DNA of 64,000 bases, from NCBI GenBank assembly GCA_021613535.1, contig CP075492.1, positions 1,116,001 through 1,180,000 of the forward strand, in the 5' to 3' direction. Positions 26,076 through 38,566 of the stretch are shown in pieces (position 1 is the stretch's first letter; each line of letters begins with the position of its first letter). Both the position numbers and the translations under genes were made by a program. The notes below the pieces were generated by a model. The model was not told where the DNA came from and did no database searches. It saw only the letters and a list, made by a program, of their open reading frames with translations. The stretch comes from Adineta vaga (Eukaryota; Animalia; Rotifera).

Positions 26076-26121
26076 TTGAGGGTGACAATACAAAGCTACA
26101 GTCTCACATACACCTTCACCC
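26076..26121. repeat. Telomere-like hairpin (short left arm)
   Basis: TTGAGGGTG...; shares the exact 22-mer AAGCTACAGTCTCACATACACC with the copy at 11529. Confidence 0.8.
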
Positions 26122-26545
26122 AGTCGCCACAGAAGCTTCAAAAAAAAGATACTTTTTAATTAAAAACAGCAGAGCTCTCTAGAGAAATGTACGTAACTAT
26201 TAAATTACTTAAACAATTGATTTCACTGTTACAGAATTTTGAAAATCTGTAAATTTCTGTTTTCTTGAATAGTTATTACATACGCACTTCAAATCGCTAT
26301 GACGAATTTTTGATAACTCTGACATTCAATAGTACATAAAATCACGCACAGTAATCAATCAAATAAGAGTTTTCTATGATTTTTAATAAATTCTAGTGGT
26401 TTTTGAAGATTAAATACAGAATTTAGAGGAAATGTGAGAATGGGAATCGAGAGAGTTCGTCGAGTTCGATCTGGAACGATAGTAAGATCAAAGTTTGAAC
26501 ATTAAAATATCACACGTTTAAGTTTCATAGTTTTTAGATTGTCGA

Positions 26546-26605
26546 TGAGGGTTAAAGAATTTGCTTCACGCTCGTTCCCACCCAAACCCACCCACACCCT
26601 CAAGA
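26546..26605. repeat. Telomere-like hairpin
   Basis: TGAGGGT...CCCACCCAAACCCACCCACACCCTCAAGA. Confidence 0.75.
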
Positions 26606-27283
26606 TTCTCATGTTGAGACATAAAAAACTTGTGTTAGAGAAAGAAGTTCATAAGTTCTCAATAAAAAGTAGAAACAGAAAACAATCTTTTGACAAGATT
26701 TTGTTTTATTTGACTAATAAAAACATTTTCCGAGTTTATCAATGATCATTCATTTTTCAAAATGACAAATAAATATCACAAATTTTAGATAAAAAAAAAC
26801 ATAATTATTATGATTTTCTCCTTTGTACATGGATAATTATATCGTTACTTTTCACATTAAAAAAATCTGTTACAAAAAATAAAGACAGATGTTCTTCGTA
26901 TATTATAATATAACTATACAAGAAAGAGGATTTCAGTGAAAAAGAAACTGAATACTTATACTCTGATAATATTAGTGGTAATTAACGTCAATACTAGTTA
27001 ATTTTTCGAAGGAAGAATATTAAAACTAAAAAACTTTGTGATTGATCTTTAAGAATATTTATTAGCCAACTATGACGTCAAAACAAATTTACAAGAATAA
27101 ATCATCTATATTTTTCAGTATTTTGTTTTTTTTCTCGTTCTGTAATAGATGTAATAAAGAACGTCTTGAAAAGAAAAAGAAAATATTGCGCGTGACTTAA
27201 TTATACGCGATCAAAAGGTAAAATAGCATCATTATTCTATTTTCTTCTAGTTCTTTATTTATTCATTGAATTGTTTTGAAGAA

Positions 27284-28130
27284 ATGAACTCAACTTCTTC
27301 AACAATAATAATGAATTTTCACAATGATTCAATTGTAATAAATCTCGAGACATGGTTTATTTCTTGTGATATTTTACAGATTATCCTTAATGTTGTATCT
27401 GCGATATTTGTATTCCAATGATGTTAACAATTAATTCATGTTTATCTGAATTTATACTTACAAATACTTTATTTTGGGCAGGTATATTTACATTAAAAAA
27501 TGATCTTCAACAAATTCATTATCAAGATTCATTTTGTGTATTTCGTTGTTATCTTATTCATTGTGGATGTTTTATACATGCTATTCCTTTCTTATTTTTT
27601 AATGGAATTATATATAATATTGATAATCAAGTATCTGTCAAACGATTCTTGGATCTTATTTTTTAATGATATATATGATGTTTATGGATTATGTTCTTCC
27701 GTTGATATTAATTATGTTTATTTATTTTAAATTATTTCGATATGTTAAAAAAATGGGTAAACGTGTAATATCAACAAATATTTTATTACGTACACAACGA
27801 GAATTAAAAATGGTTCGACGTGCAGTTATAATGATAACAAGTATAATCACAGTGGGTTTTCCATTTACACTCTTTATGATTATCGCATTTTTTAATAGTG
27901 CATCAAAATATCATTTTAGAATTATTTTTTTATTCGGTAGTCTTTCAATATTAGTTGTTATGATTATTTTATTTCAATTTACAGATTCACTTAAAATATC
28001 TATTAATAAAAGAATAAAAAAGCATTCAACTAAAGTACTACCTTGTACTGTCATAAATGAATTGTCATTAAAAAAAGATTTTAAATATTACAATATGTAC
28101 TTTTATTCTATGAACTTCAATCAAATTTGA
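27284..28130 (+). pseudogene. Decayed GPCR with internal deletions and frameshifts
   Basis: MNSTSS... start. GPCR-like blocks lie in three frames (MLTINSCLSE, QDSFCVFRCY, YVLPLILIMFIYFKL...QRELKMVRR); parts of TM2-TM4 are missing. Confidence 0.7.
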
Positions 28131-28625
28131 AAACAGAAAAATTTTATTTTCCGTCGTTTCTTTTTGTAACAAAAAAAATATATAAACTTCAAGTCAATAC
28201 AGTGATTATGAGGATAATTGAGATTTTATGTGAACAAGAAACAAAACAAAGAATTAGTTTTTATTTCAAGAAAAAATTAAACAAATACATATAATAGATA
28301 TTTTTCAATAAGAAATAATCGTATAATGTGTGACGAGAATTTTTGTAAATATTATTATAAAATGATATTAATCTAGAAGAATAATTATCGATTTTGTGAT
28401 TTTCAAAACGATAAATTTAGAAATAGTTCAAAGAGGTATACTGTTATATCAAAAATGGAGCGATTCAAGTTTATATGAGACAAATTCTAGGTGTGAGTAT
28501 GTGTGATGATGTAACAAAATTAGATTCATGTCTCTTATTGTGTCAAAGCAAGGGGAAAAGCGCGGAATTCTGGAATCTAAATTTACTCAATGGAATCTTT
28601 TTGAAGTTTCGAGAATCCTTAGACA

Positions 28626-28673
28626 TCTTGAGGGTGTAGGTGTGGGCTATACACTTAACCCACACCCATCCTA
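28626..28673. repeat. Telomere-like hairpin
   Basis: TCTTGAGGGTGTAGGTGTGGG-ctatacacttaa-CCCACACCCATCCTAA. Confidence 0.85.
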
Positions 28674-29437
28674 ATATAAAAATAAATATACATCACAGTA
28701 AGATCTCGGTCATATTAACACAAAGACATTTCATGAGTAAACATAAATATTTTAGAACTATACTATTTATTGGAATATTCCATGCAGATAGGGATGAATA
28801 ATTATGAGTGAACAGATGGAGCAAAACATTCTATCTGAATAACTCCACTTCTTTTACCAATTGATTGTGATTCATTCACAGCACAAATTATAGAACGAGT
28901 AGATTTTGAGGATGTGAGAGCGAACGCAGAAGGAAAGAGTTCAAAATCAGAGAGCAATTCTTGAATGATATTAATTACTTGTGTACATACTTTTAAATAA
29001 ATATGTATCTCAGATAGAACATCTTCAATAAGTAAAAGTTTTGTTTTTCTATCAACTCTATCAATTAATTGTTGATGTACTATGAAAATAAAGAAATAGT
29101 TTTATCATAACCATTACCTCGACGTAGATCAAGTTCGGCAGCAATAAACAGACACAATATGGTAAAATTATCGAATGATTTATTAAGAAAAATTGTTTCC
29201 ATTGCAAAATGTATTTCATTTTTATCTTATATGAAAGAAATAGAAATCCTTTTGATATAAAAATGATATTCTATCAATTGGTGTAGATATTGTATTTAAT
29301 ATACGTTAACACCATCTATACAAAGAAAAGAAAAACAAAACTAACAATAACAGTCTATGTCAATACACTACAAGTATACTGATAACAAACACTTCGACAC
29401 GTTTTTATTCTAAAGACAAGTAAAAATAATCTTCATC

Positions 29438-31204
29438 ATGAGCGATATACAAGTACTTATGAAATTTGAATTATTATCAAACGAAATTTTGTTCGAATGT
29501 TTTGAATTTCTCAATGCTATTGATATTTTTCATTCATTTGATCAATTAAATTCTCGTTTTAATAACCTTATTCGAAGTATGCGATTACATCTCAACTTTC
29601 AAAATGTTTCCAAGTCAATATGTGAACAATTTTGTATGAAAATGTTCTCAAATGAAATAAAAAATCAAATTTATTCATTACATTTATCTAATGATAAAGA
29701 CACATGTTATCCAATTGAATCATTTCTAGAAGAGTTTTCATTAGATGATTTTGTCTATCTTCGATCATTGACCTTGAGTGAAGTTAAAAAACAAAATCTA
29801 TCACAATTACAATCAAATTTGCCGTCATTGTCTCAACTATTTTGCTTTCGACTGTTCGATCCTCGGTACAACCATACTAAATTACTATGTTCACTAACAA
29901 TGTCTCAACTACGAACATTGATTGTGCCACAAATGTGTTGGGATTTGGATATTATGCATAGATTTTCTTCTATCACTGATTTAACAATTGTTCTCTGCGA
30001 AATTCACGAATTATTTAAAATACTAAAGTATGCACCAAAATTAAAACATTTCACCATAGAGATCCTCTATGAATCTGCGGACAGTTCAATTAATGAAGAA
30101 ATATATTTTCCTAATCTTAAGCAATTAACTATTATGGAGTTCTTTTATAAGTTTGATAAACTTGCTATGATGTTAAATAAGATATCAAATTTAAAATCAT
30201 TGACCATATTCAGTGACAAGAGTGATGGTAATATGATTGATGCTTGTAAATGGGAATATTTGATAACTTCTTCATTACCTCAACTAATTGTTTTTAAATT
30301 TCAATTCGTTTTTTTTCGTTTACATTCAATAGATCATGATCAGAAAAAGTTGAAAAAATTTCAAAGTGATTTTTGGATCAAACAACATCATTGGTATACT
30401 GAATATTCTCTATCGAAAGATGACATGATGATTTATACGATTCCTTTTGCATTTAATAAATACACGTTATCATCAGAAACTACAAGATATTGTGATGAAT
30501 TAATGGATAATACCAACACATTTCAAAATGTTAAAAATTTGATATCTGGTAAATTATCAGAAAATAGTCAATATGAATTCTTTTATGCTACGACTTTAAC
30601 ATTGGGCGAAGATTCAGAATTCGTTTGGAAGTTCTCACTCGGAATAGAAGATGTTGAATATTTGAAAATAATTATGAATTTTTCAAATATCAAACATTTG
30701 ACTGTATCAAAATTTTGTATGTTTGAAAAATCATTTGTACTATTAGAAATATTAAAGAAAGCACCACAATTATCATCAATCAGTATGTTTTCAAAACATT
30801 TATTATTGTCGTTCGATGATGATGAATTATGCAGATATTTAAATAAAATGATTAGAAAATTGGAAATTTTGCATGATGTTTATGAGGAAGATTTATTAAA
30901 TAATTTCAATAAGATCAATCAATTTTGTCAAATATTTAGAAATATTGACCAGCTCGTCTGCTGCATCAGTACATCAAATAGATTATTATATCTCTTGGAA
31001 CATTTACCAAATTTATCATATATTAAAGTTCATCACACGATCCATGATTTCTTTTTTGAAGTATATGACGTGAAAGCAAAACTACAAAAAATAGGTATAA
31101 AAATTATTATTGCCTTCAAGAGGGACACTTTTGACAAAGAATTATCAATTTGGATTAGTGATGAGACGCCACTTGAGTGTATACAGTTGCTTTTTATGGA
31201 TTAA
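29438..31204 (+). CDS. F-box / leucine-rich-repeat protein
   Basis: N-terminal F-box (FELLSNEILFECFEFLNAIDIFHSFDQLNSRF) followed by LxxLxL repeats; intronless, 588 aa. Confidence 0.85.
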   Translation: MSDIQVLMKFELLSNEILFECFEFLNAIDIFHSFDQLNSRFNNLIRSMRLHLNFQNVSKSICEQFCMKMFSNEIKNQIYSLHLSNDKDTCYPIESFLEEFSLDDFVYLRSLTLSEVKKQNLSQLQSNLPSLSQLFCFRLFDPRYNHTKLLCSLTMSQLRTLIVPQMCWDLDIMHRFSSITDLTIVLCEIHELFKILKYAPKLKHFTIEILYESADSSINEEIYFPNLKQLTIMEFFYKFDKLAMMLNKISNLKSLTIFSDKSDGNMIDACKWEYLITSSLPQLIVFKFQFVFFRLHSIDHDQKKLKKFQSDFWIKQHHWYTEYSLSKDDMMIYTIPFAFNKYTLSSETTRYCDELMDNTNTFQNVKNLISGKLSENSQYEFFYATTLTLGEDSEFVWKFSLGIEDVEYLKIIMNFSNIKHLTVSKFCMFEKSFVLLEILKKAPQLSSISMFSKHLLLSFDDDELCRYLNKMIRKLEILHDVYEEDLLNNFNKINQFCQIFRNIDQLVCCISTSNRLLYLLEHLPNLSYIKVHHTIHDFFFEVYDVKAKLQKIGIKIIIAFKRDTFDKELSIWISDETPLECIQLLFMD

Positions 31205-31417
31205 AAGTCTTCGAAACAAAGAAGTTTTTTTCTTGTTTTGAACGCGTCATGAAAAAGAATATAAATTAAGAAATTTTAATTTCAAATAAAAAGTCTTTTT
31301 ATTTGGTCCATAAAAATTAAATTAAATAAAAACATATGTTGCTAAATTATTCTCTATGTAATCGAAGACGCAGATGCTCATATATAATTTTTAATAGAAT
31401 GATAAAAGCAGATGATG

Positions 31418-31682
31418 AGCTTTTTCATATATACAGTTTTGTAGAGCAGAACTTGCTCTACAAGATGCATGATTTTGTTTTCTCGCCAACTACCATTTTG
31501 TTTAGAAAGAGCGTTAATAATCATTTTTTGTATGATGTTTTAGATAATTTTCATTCGTATAGTTGCTAAACTTCAGTTGATCGCTATAACAACCTTGTCA
31601 AAATTAGTTCCCATTGTTAGGACTTTATCTAGGTGATTACTAGGAAAGTTAAAATACTTGATTAGACATCTTTGAATGTGAA
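31418..31682. repeat. Left TIR (contains internal palindrome TTGTAGAGCA-gaact-TGCTCTACAA)
   Basis: Direct reverse-complement match to 34898-35162. Confidence 0.95.
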
Positions 31683-31972
31683 TTTCGTAAAGTAATTATG
31701 ACTATATCCGTTAGGAACCCCCATTTATATAAGTATCGTCATCAAGATTAGCTTAAGGATGAGTTTTACGGCAATAGGGTTGCAAAATAGCTGAAGATGT
31801 CACAAATAGATGTGGGGTTCGTCGATGAGATCTTGATGTGTGGCAATTGGAAGATCCTTCTTTATGAAAAATCGCCAATCGATGCGTATAAAATATGATT
31901 CATCGAGATTTGTTGAATCGTAAATCGATGATACAACTTTAAGTTTGTTATTGACGTGTTTAACTTGTTTTC

Positions 31973-34712
31973 ATGATGTCTCACAAACTTGTAACTTGGT
32001 GTGCGCATCCGAAGCATGATGAAGCACTGCCAGATGGTAAGAAGCGATTTTGGAAGACTGGTCCAAAACCAACGCATCCAAAAGGAAAAAGAGTAATAGA
32101 CAAAGAATTAGCTGAATTTATTAATAATCATCATGAATCTATTTTAAATGGATCTTCAAAAAAATTGCTACGAGGCGATTATCTCTGTTCAACTTGTTTT
32201 AAAAATGAAGATCATTTCATGTATTGCGAAGAAGAAAAAGTGATTATTAACCATGTTGATGAGATTGATACGTCTAACCAAAACGATATTAATTCCGATA
32301 GTGATGTGAAATCTTCATCGGAAATGCTTATGAATCAGTATGATGCAAAACTGAAATTGAATCAAGTCTTCCAGTATATGAATATTCCAAAGATCGATGA
32401 TATGTGAGTACCATGATTTATATTTAATATCCTTAAATTTCTAATTTTTAGTCGAAACACCAATCAAATTTCAAAATCTATAGAAGAAGCATATTTTAAA
32501 CTACGCGAATGGTCAAACATGCTTTTATCACATGCTCGTCGTTCTGACAATCCAGCTACTCTCTCTTCGATCGATCTTTCAATGGATGATGCTGTTTTAG
32601 TACTTCAGCATTTACGTGATCTATTTACTATTAGCAATGATCAAGAAAAGCAAAGTCTTATGACTATGCTGCCGCCAAGTTGGGGGAGAGAGCGCGTGGC
32701 TAACTGGTTCCGTGGAACTCAACATAAAGCTCGACAATCTATAGAACTCAAATTAAATGTTGGCGTGTTCGGATCCTTCGAAGATCAACGAGGAAATAAA
32801 TCACTGAGTGATGAAACTGAAAAACTTGTTCATGAATATTATACTAGTGATGAAGTTAGTCGTGAAACATCATGCAAAAAACAAGTTATCCACCCACCAC
32901 CGTCTCGAGATCCAGTTCCTTTACGATTTTTACACCTGACAGTTGGGGAAACATTTCAACAATTCAAATTTAAATATCCAACAATAAAAATAGGTCGATC
33001 GAAGTTTCATTCATTACGGCCAGAGTGGGTGAAAGAAAAAACACCTTATGAAAGTTGTTTGTGTATACATCATTCCAATGTATATTTACTTGTAAAAGTA
33101 AGTAACCCTTCTGCTTAACCTTTTCATTTTAATTTCCGACTTTTAGGGTATACCAAGGTTTCTGAAAGATCTTATAACAATAAATGCATTAATCGAAAAA
33201 ACCGTTTGCAATCCGTCGTCCGAAAACTGTTTTTTTCGTCGTTGCTCTAGCTGTAGACACCTCAAAGCTTCAGATATCATTGCTAATGGCATAGATGATG
33301 AGCTTCAAGAGCCAACATCTTGGTCTATGTGGAAAAAAATTGGTCAACGTTATGAACTTGTACATATGACTGGTCCATTTACAGTTTTACTGAAAGAGAT
33401 TGACAATCTCTGGTCGAATTTCATCACACATAGCTTTTATACTCGTAATCAACGTGATTATATTTCATCCATTAAAACAAAGTCTAGCGCCATAACATAT
33501 GCGGTGATACAGATGGATTTTGCGCAAAACTTTGCATTCATTGCTCAAGAAGAAATTCAATCAGCGTACTACTCACGTCAACAAGCTGCTATTTACACTG
33601 TTTTTATTAAGGTTGGTACGGAACATCGGAATATGGTTATCATATCAGATCATTTGCCACATGATAGTAAATTTGTGTTTTGTGCGCAAAAAATAATTGT
33701 TGACTTTCTTAAACAACAATATCCTAATGTATCGAAGATTAAATACGTGTCAGATGGTGCAACAGCGCATTTAAAAAGTATGTTTTTGAGATTTTAAATA
33801 ATTATTTATGGAATATTTATGGTGCTTCATTAGATCGTTATACTATGTGTAACTTAGCGCATCATCATTTCGATTTTCATTTGCAAGCATCATGGACCTA
33901 TTCTGCCAGTGGACATGGCAAGGGTCCATGTGATGGTCTCGGGGCTGTTGTGAAGTCAACAGCTACCCATTATTTGCTCAAAGGTGGTCCGCATGTGTCT
34001 TTTTCAACACCAAAAGATTTCTTCAAATGGTGTCTTAAAAAAACGATCGTATGGTGATCGCAAGATCTCGACCAAACGATGATTCTAACGGAAACTCCAA
34101 CAATATGCCCGAACCAAACCGTCCAATTGAAATTCGATGGTTATCTACTAATACTATAGAAAATGTGTATGAAAACATTTTAAAACCACGATGGGAACAA
34201 ATGTCTTCTAAAGGTAAAACTATATTCACTCAATTTCAAATAAGAATACTGCATTTTGTTCAGAATCAATATCTGGAATACGTGATCTTCATCAGTTTGA
34301 TTCCGACATCAATGGTTTCATTACTTGTCGTCGCATTTCACAATCAAATACTACTACTACTCACAAGTTTCGTATTCATACACCAAATGTCTCAACTATA
34401 AGCCGAACACCGAGACTATCCACTTTCGAAAGTGATATTTTTATCATTATTGCCGATCATGATAGCTTTCGTCTTGCTCAACTTCACTCATTTGATCATA
34501 GTATTTCTCTATTCAATGTTTCATGCTTCGATCCACCTTTGCCTGCTTCACAATTCACTTGTTCTAAATCATCACATTTACGCAATCTGATAATTTCGAC
34601 ACAACATTTTCGCGCACAACTAATTGAAAATCCAGTGCGACTAGTCAATGACGACATCCAAATCACCGCTCAACAACTGTTAGATATTCAAAAAATTCTA
34701 GAAGAAGATTGA
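31973..34712 (+). CDS. Transposase; exons 31973-32403, 32452-33097, 33147-33777, 33834-34213, 34264-34712; one frameshift in the A7 run at 34037-34043
   Basis: In-phase 48-56 bp introns. Cys cluster (CNPSSENCFFRRCSSC) and catalytic-type motifs QMDFAQNF, QEEIQSAYY, SDGATAHLKN, SGHGKGPCDGLG, ISGIRDLHQF. Confidence 0.85.
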
Positions 34713-34897
34713 TTTATGTTTTAGTCTATACATCACTATTTTATTCTCTTTCTTTCATTTTTATTCTAGCTTGTAACTTAAATCTAGGGTAAGCATTTTA
34801 CATTTACGCCGCACGAACTCCTTAAAGTGACCGGCACTAAATATATAAAACATTTTCTTTCACATATTGATTTTACTTAGCTTGCATGGCACAAAAC

Positions 34898-35162
34898 TTC
34901 ACATTCAAAGATGTCTAATCAAGTATTTTAACTTTCCTAGTAATCACCTAGATAAAGTCCTAACAATGGGAACTAATTTTGACAAGGTTGTTATAGCGAT
35001 CAACTGAAGTTTAGCAACTATATGAATGAAAATTATCTAAAACATCATACAAAAAATGATTATTAACGCTCTTTCTAAACAAAATGGTAGTTGGCGAGAA
35101 AACAAAATCGTGCATCTTGTAGAGCAAGTTCTGCTCTACAAAACTGTATATATGAAAAAGCT
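34898..35162. repeat. Right TIR
   Basis: Reverse complement of 31418-31682. Confidence 0.95.
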
Positions 35163-35552
35163 GAGTCATTCCATTTTTCTGGTCAAATTTTTGATCGACA
35201 GCGATTCACTGTGTGAGGCGGGGGGTGGCAGAAAATTTTTCGAAACTGATTTTAATTCTTGAAGATTCTGATGCAGCGTCTCACGACGATTCAGAATATG
35301 CCATTGGTTTCTTGATTTGACCTAATTATGGCACAGTTTCATTGATTTTTCGGTCGTGTTGACAACTTTTTTTTCGCAAAAATAATCATAGGCAAAACCA
35401 GTATTTTTACTATATCTCAGTGAAAAAGAGGTCTAATTGAAAAACGTTTTTTAGCAAAATGATCAGCTCAAAAAGCTCTACAAACCCTGAAAGTTTCATT
35501 GAAATCGGAGAAGGTTGCTGGATAGACCTGGCGAACTCCCATGGACATACCC
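35163..35552. mobile_element. Probable non-autonomous DNA element (MITE-like) abutting the right TIR
   Basis: Imperfect inverted ends GAGTCATTCCAT...ATGGACATACCC; non-coding and GC-richer than its flanks; no clear TSD. Confidence 0.45.
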
Positions 35553-35796
35553 ATATGATGAGCAAAGAAAACTTCTCTTATTTTTATTATTTTCAAACAA
35601 ACATAATATTATGAAACAAAAAAAAGTGACAAAGATGACCATGTGAATAAAATAAGGCGAACATACAACAGATAATCAAAGGAAAACTATAAAAAGACGT
35701 CATTACCCATATTTCAGTAATGTAGAATTCGTCAACTCCATTCAAGTTTTAGAACTTTCTAATCGATAGTTGGAAGTTAAAACAACCATTGAGTTT

Positions 35797-37437
35797 TTAC
35801 ATGTATGTCCTTTTTATATCTCGCGAACATGGTCTCCGTAACACTTTTATTATCGTTCTATTCTTCAGTTGAAAATTTTCAAACACTTCTTCAATATCTT
35901 CTAGTAAGACTCCTTTCGTTTCTGGACAGAAAAGATAGACAAATACTACAGCTAATAAACACAGGCCACTGAAAAGATAAAATACTCCATGTATTCCTAA
36001 TGGAGTTATTAACTCCAACATATAAGACATAAGCATACCCAAAAACCAATCACCTGCTGTCGTTATTGAAACAGCTCTAGCTCTCACATTAAGAGGAAAA
36101 ATCTCAGCCGCATAAATCCAAGCGACTGGTCCCCAGGAAAGTGCATAACTAGCTACAAACACAACTGTAAAAATAAGCATTAATACACCAGAACTTGTTT
36201 TGCAATTTATAGTTTCTTCATTCACCGTAGTGTCATTAATAATAGTTTTCACTACATTGCAACCTGTGACAAATAGCGTTGCTGATACAAAATGACCCAC
36301 TATCATACCTAAGCCACAGTATAGAAGAAGTTTTCGACGTCCTAGTCTATCAAATAAGAATAATGCTGGAATTGTACTTAACATATTTGCACCAGATAAA
36401 ATCAATAATGATATGATACCCTTTCCAATAATACTTTCGAAAATGATACCACCAAATACAAATATAATATTAATACCTGATAGTTGTAAAAAAGCGTGTA
36501 CGCCGACACCTATACCGAGTCTTTGAAGCATTTTCTTTGTTGTAAATAGTTCTTTGATTGAAACTTCATTACCCTCTTCTCGTATTGCATCCGCAATAGC
36601 GTCTAATTCAGCAGTTACATCGTCAATTTTACGAATGCGTTTCAAACTTTTCTCTGCTGATTCTCGACCTTTTTCCCTGAATAACCATCGAGGAGTTTCA
36701 GGACAGAAAAATATACCCATCATAATAATAAGTGGTGCAATTAAAATAACTCCATTTGATAATCGCCAACCCCATTTATGATCTTGTAAAAAAAAATTTA
36801 CCACATTAGCAGCAAACAAACCAAGTACTATAGTCATTTGCATAAAGCCAGAAAGCATTCCACGCAAATTTGTTGGAGCTATTTCTGAAGCATATAATGG
36901 ACAAGAAAATGAAGAACATCCAACACCTGCTCCTTCCACAATTCGTCCAATAAGTATAAAAATCATTATCTTTGTTGAACCTCCTGGTGGAAAAATAACC
37001 ATTGAAGTACCAATTATAAAGAGAACGGCTGATGTGAAAATAATGGCTCGACGTCCATATTTTTCTGCTATAAATGAAGAAATGAAGAGAGCACCAAGAG
37101 TACATCCAACATTATATAGTAACGTAAAGAGCACTAAAAACCTTCTGTAATCAGAAGGTAAACCAGCTACTGAAAGATCGCAAACGCTTGCATTTCCATA
37201 TACACCAATACAGAAGTCATTTTTAAATGAACTCATAACAACTATACCACCTGTAACACCTTGATCATAACCCAAAAACCATCCACCTAATGAAGAAAAG
37301 GCAGCTAATAATACAGCAACATGTGGCTTTCCGTAATGAACATTCTTGTGATGATGATTATGAGACACTTCTGTTCCAGATCCCATCGACATTTTGTTGA
37401 TATATTGGCCAGATTCAGCTACAGATTCTAGTGACAT
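35797..37437 (-). CDS. MFS sugar porter (hexose transporter), intronless, HGT candidate
   Basis: GYDQG, YGRR, GRIVEG, YASEIAPTNLRG, PETPRW, DRLGRR, SWGPVAW, EIFP and PETKG motifs; about 12 TM segments. Confidence 0.92.
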   Translation of the reverse strand: MSLESVAESGQYINKMSMGSGTEVSHNHHHKNVHYGKPHVAVLLAAFSSLGGWFLGYDQGVTGGIVVMSSFKNDFCIGVYGNASVCDLSVAGLPSDYRRFLVLFTLLYNVGCTLGALFISSFIAEKYGRRAIIFTSAVLFIIGTSMVIFPPGGSTKIMIFILIGRIVEGAGVGCSSFSCPLYASEIAPTNLRGMLSGFMQMTIVLGLFAANVVNFFLQDHKWGWRLSNGVILIAPLIIMMGIFFCPETPRWLFREKGRESAEKSLKRIRKIDDVTAELDAIADAIREEGNEVSIKELFTTKKMLQRLGIGVGVHAFLQLSGINIIFVFGGIIFESIIGKGIISLLILSGANMLSTIPALFLFDRLGRRKLLLYCGLGMIVGHFVSATLFVTGCNVVKTIINDTTVNEETINCKTSSGVLMLIFTVVFVASYALSWGPVAWIYAAEIFPLNVRARAVSITTAGDWFLGMLMSYMLELITPLGIHGVFYLFSGLCLLAVVFVYLFCPETKGVLLEDIEEVFENFQLKNRTIIKVLRRPCSRDIKRTYM

Positions 37438-38566
37438 TTTCTTGATTGTTTTTTTGATTTCCTACAATCAAGCAATACAAATATTCTTTTCAATGATTAT
37501 AGTTTTGATAATTAAGTAATTAAAAAGACTTGTGCTCATATTATTATACATTTCCGCTACGAAATTACGCGGCAGATAACTGCATTAGAAATAATATATT
37601 TAGATATTTTCTTGTGAAAACAGAAGCTCCTCTGTTTTCTCCACGCTTTCAATTTTTTGAAAGATTAAGCATCTATGGTTTGCCAAAGTTTAAAGTGAAA
37701 CATTTTATATAGAAATATATGACAAGACTGATTCCAGTATAAAAAGAGTTGTTATAAAAGATTTGTTGTGAAACTCACTGTTGGCTTCCTTTAATGGTAT
37801 ATGTACGTCTTGCCGATTATGACGATGTTTGATTTTGAGCTGTAGACAAACACTTGTATTTAATCTTTTAATGCTTTTCACTAGAACGATAAAGAATCAA
37901 ATAAATGGTACCGAATAATGTTGTTTTTATCTTATTGCCATTATAATGATCTATGCATTTGCTTGACTTTCAAACTGAATGTTAAACATTATGAATAATA
38001 TCACGAGACTTGTCCAAGCCTAAAAAGATTAAATACGTACCCAAGCAATAATCTATACAAAATAACGGTCGAGTACAATGAAATTATTCATTCGAGTTAA
38101 ATGGTTTCCATTTCTAGAAGAACAATGCGTTTCCTGAGACAAGGATTGAACTCAATCAATGAAGAGTCTAAATGTTTTAGATGAATATATCTCAGATGAA
38201 AGCTGGCATGTTATATTAATAAAAATCCTTTAGCCGCGTCTAGATGCGGTTTGCAATACGAAACGCAACTCGATGCGTCTATTGTGCGTTTCATGTTTAC
38301 ATGGGATGCCCTATATGCCTACTCTCAGATCTTGCTTTGGTATATGTGGTGAAAATGAATCTCCCGGAAATCGCTATAATACATAAAATCTTGATTATCG
38401 ATTGATCAATCTCTATACTGATGGATAAATTTGTTCAACAAAATTAAATTCTTTATATGGTAAACAACTATATTGTGCATCATTTAGTGACTCTTTTTAG
38501 TTTTTACTTCTCTTTTTGTTGTAGAAGTAAATTTATTGTTGATTAGTTATTTATATAAGAACATAA

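Larger units (their letters stand above)
31417..35162 (+). mobile_element. DNA transposon with 265-bp terminal inverted repeats, Sola2-like
   Basis: 31418-31682 is the reverse complement of 34898-35162 (2 mismatches seen). Left end begins GAG. Encloses an intron-containing DDD-type transposase. Superfamily assigned from remembered motifs. Confidence 0.85.
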
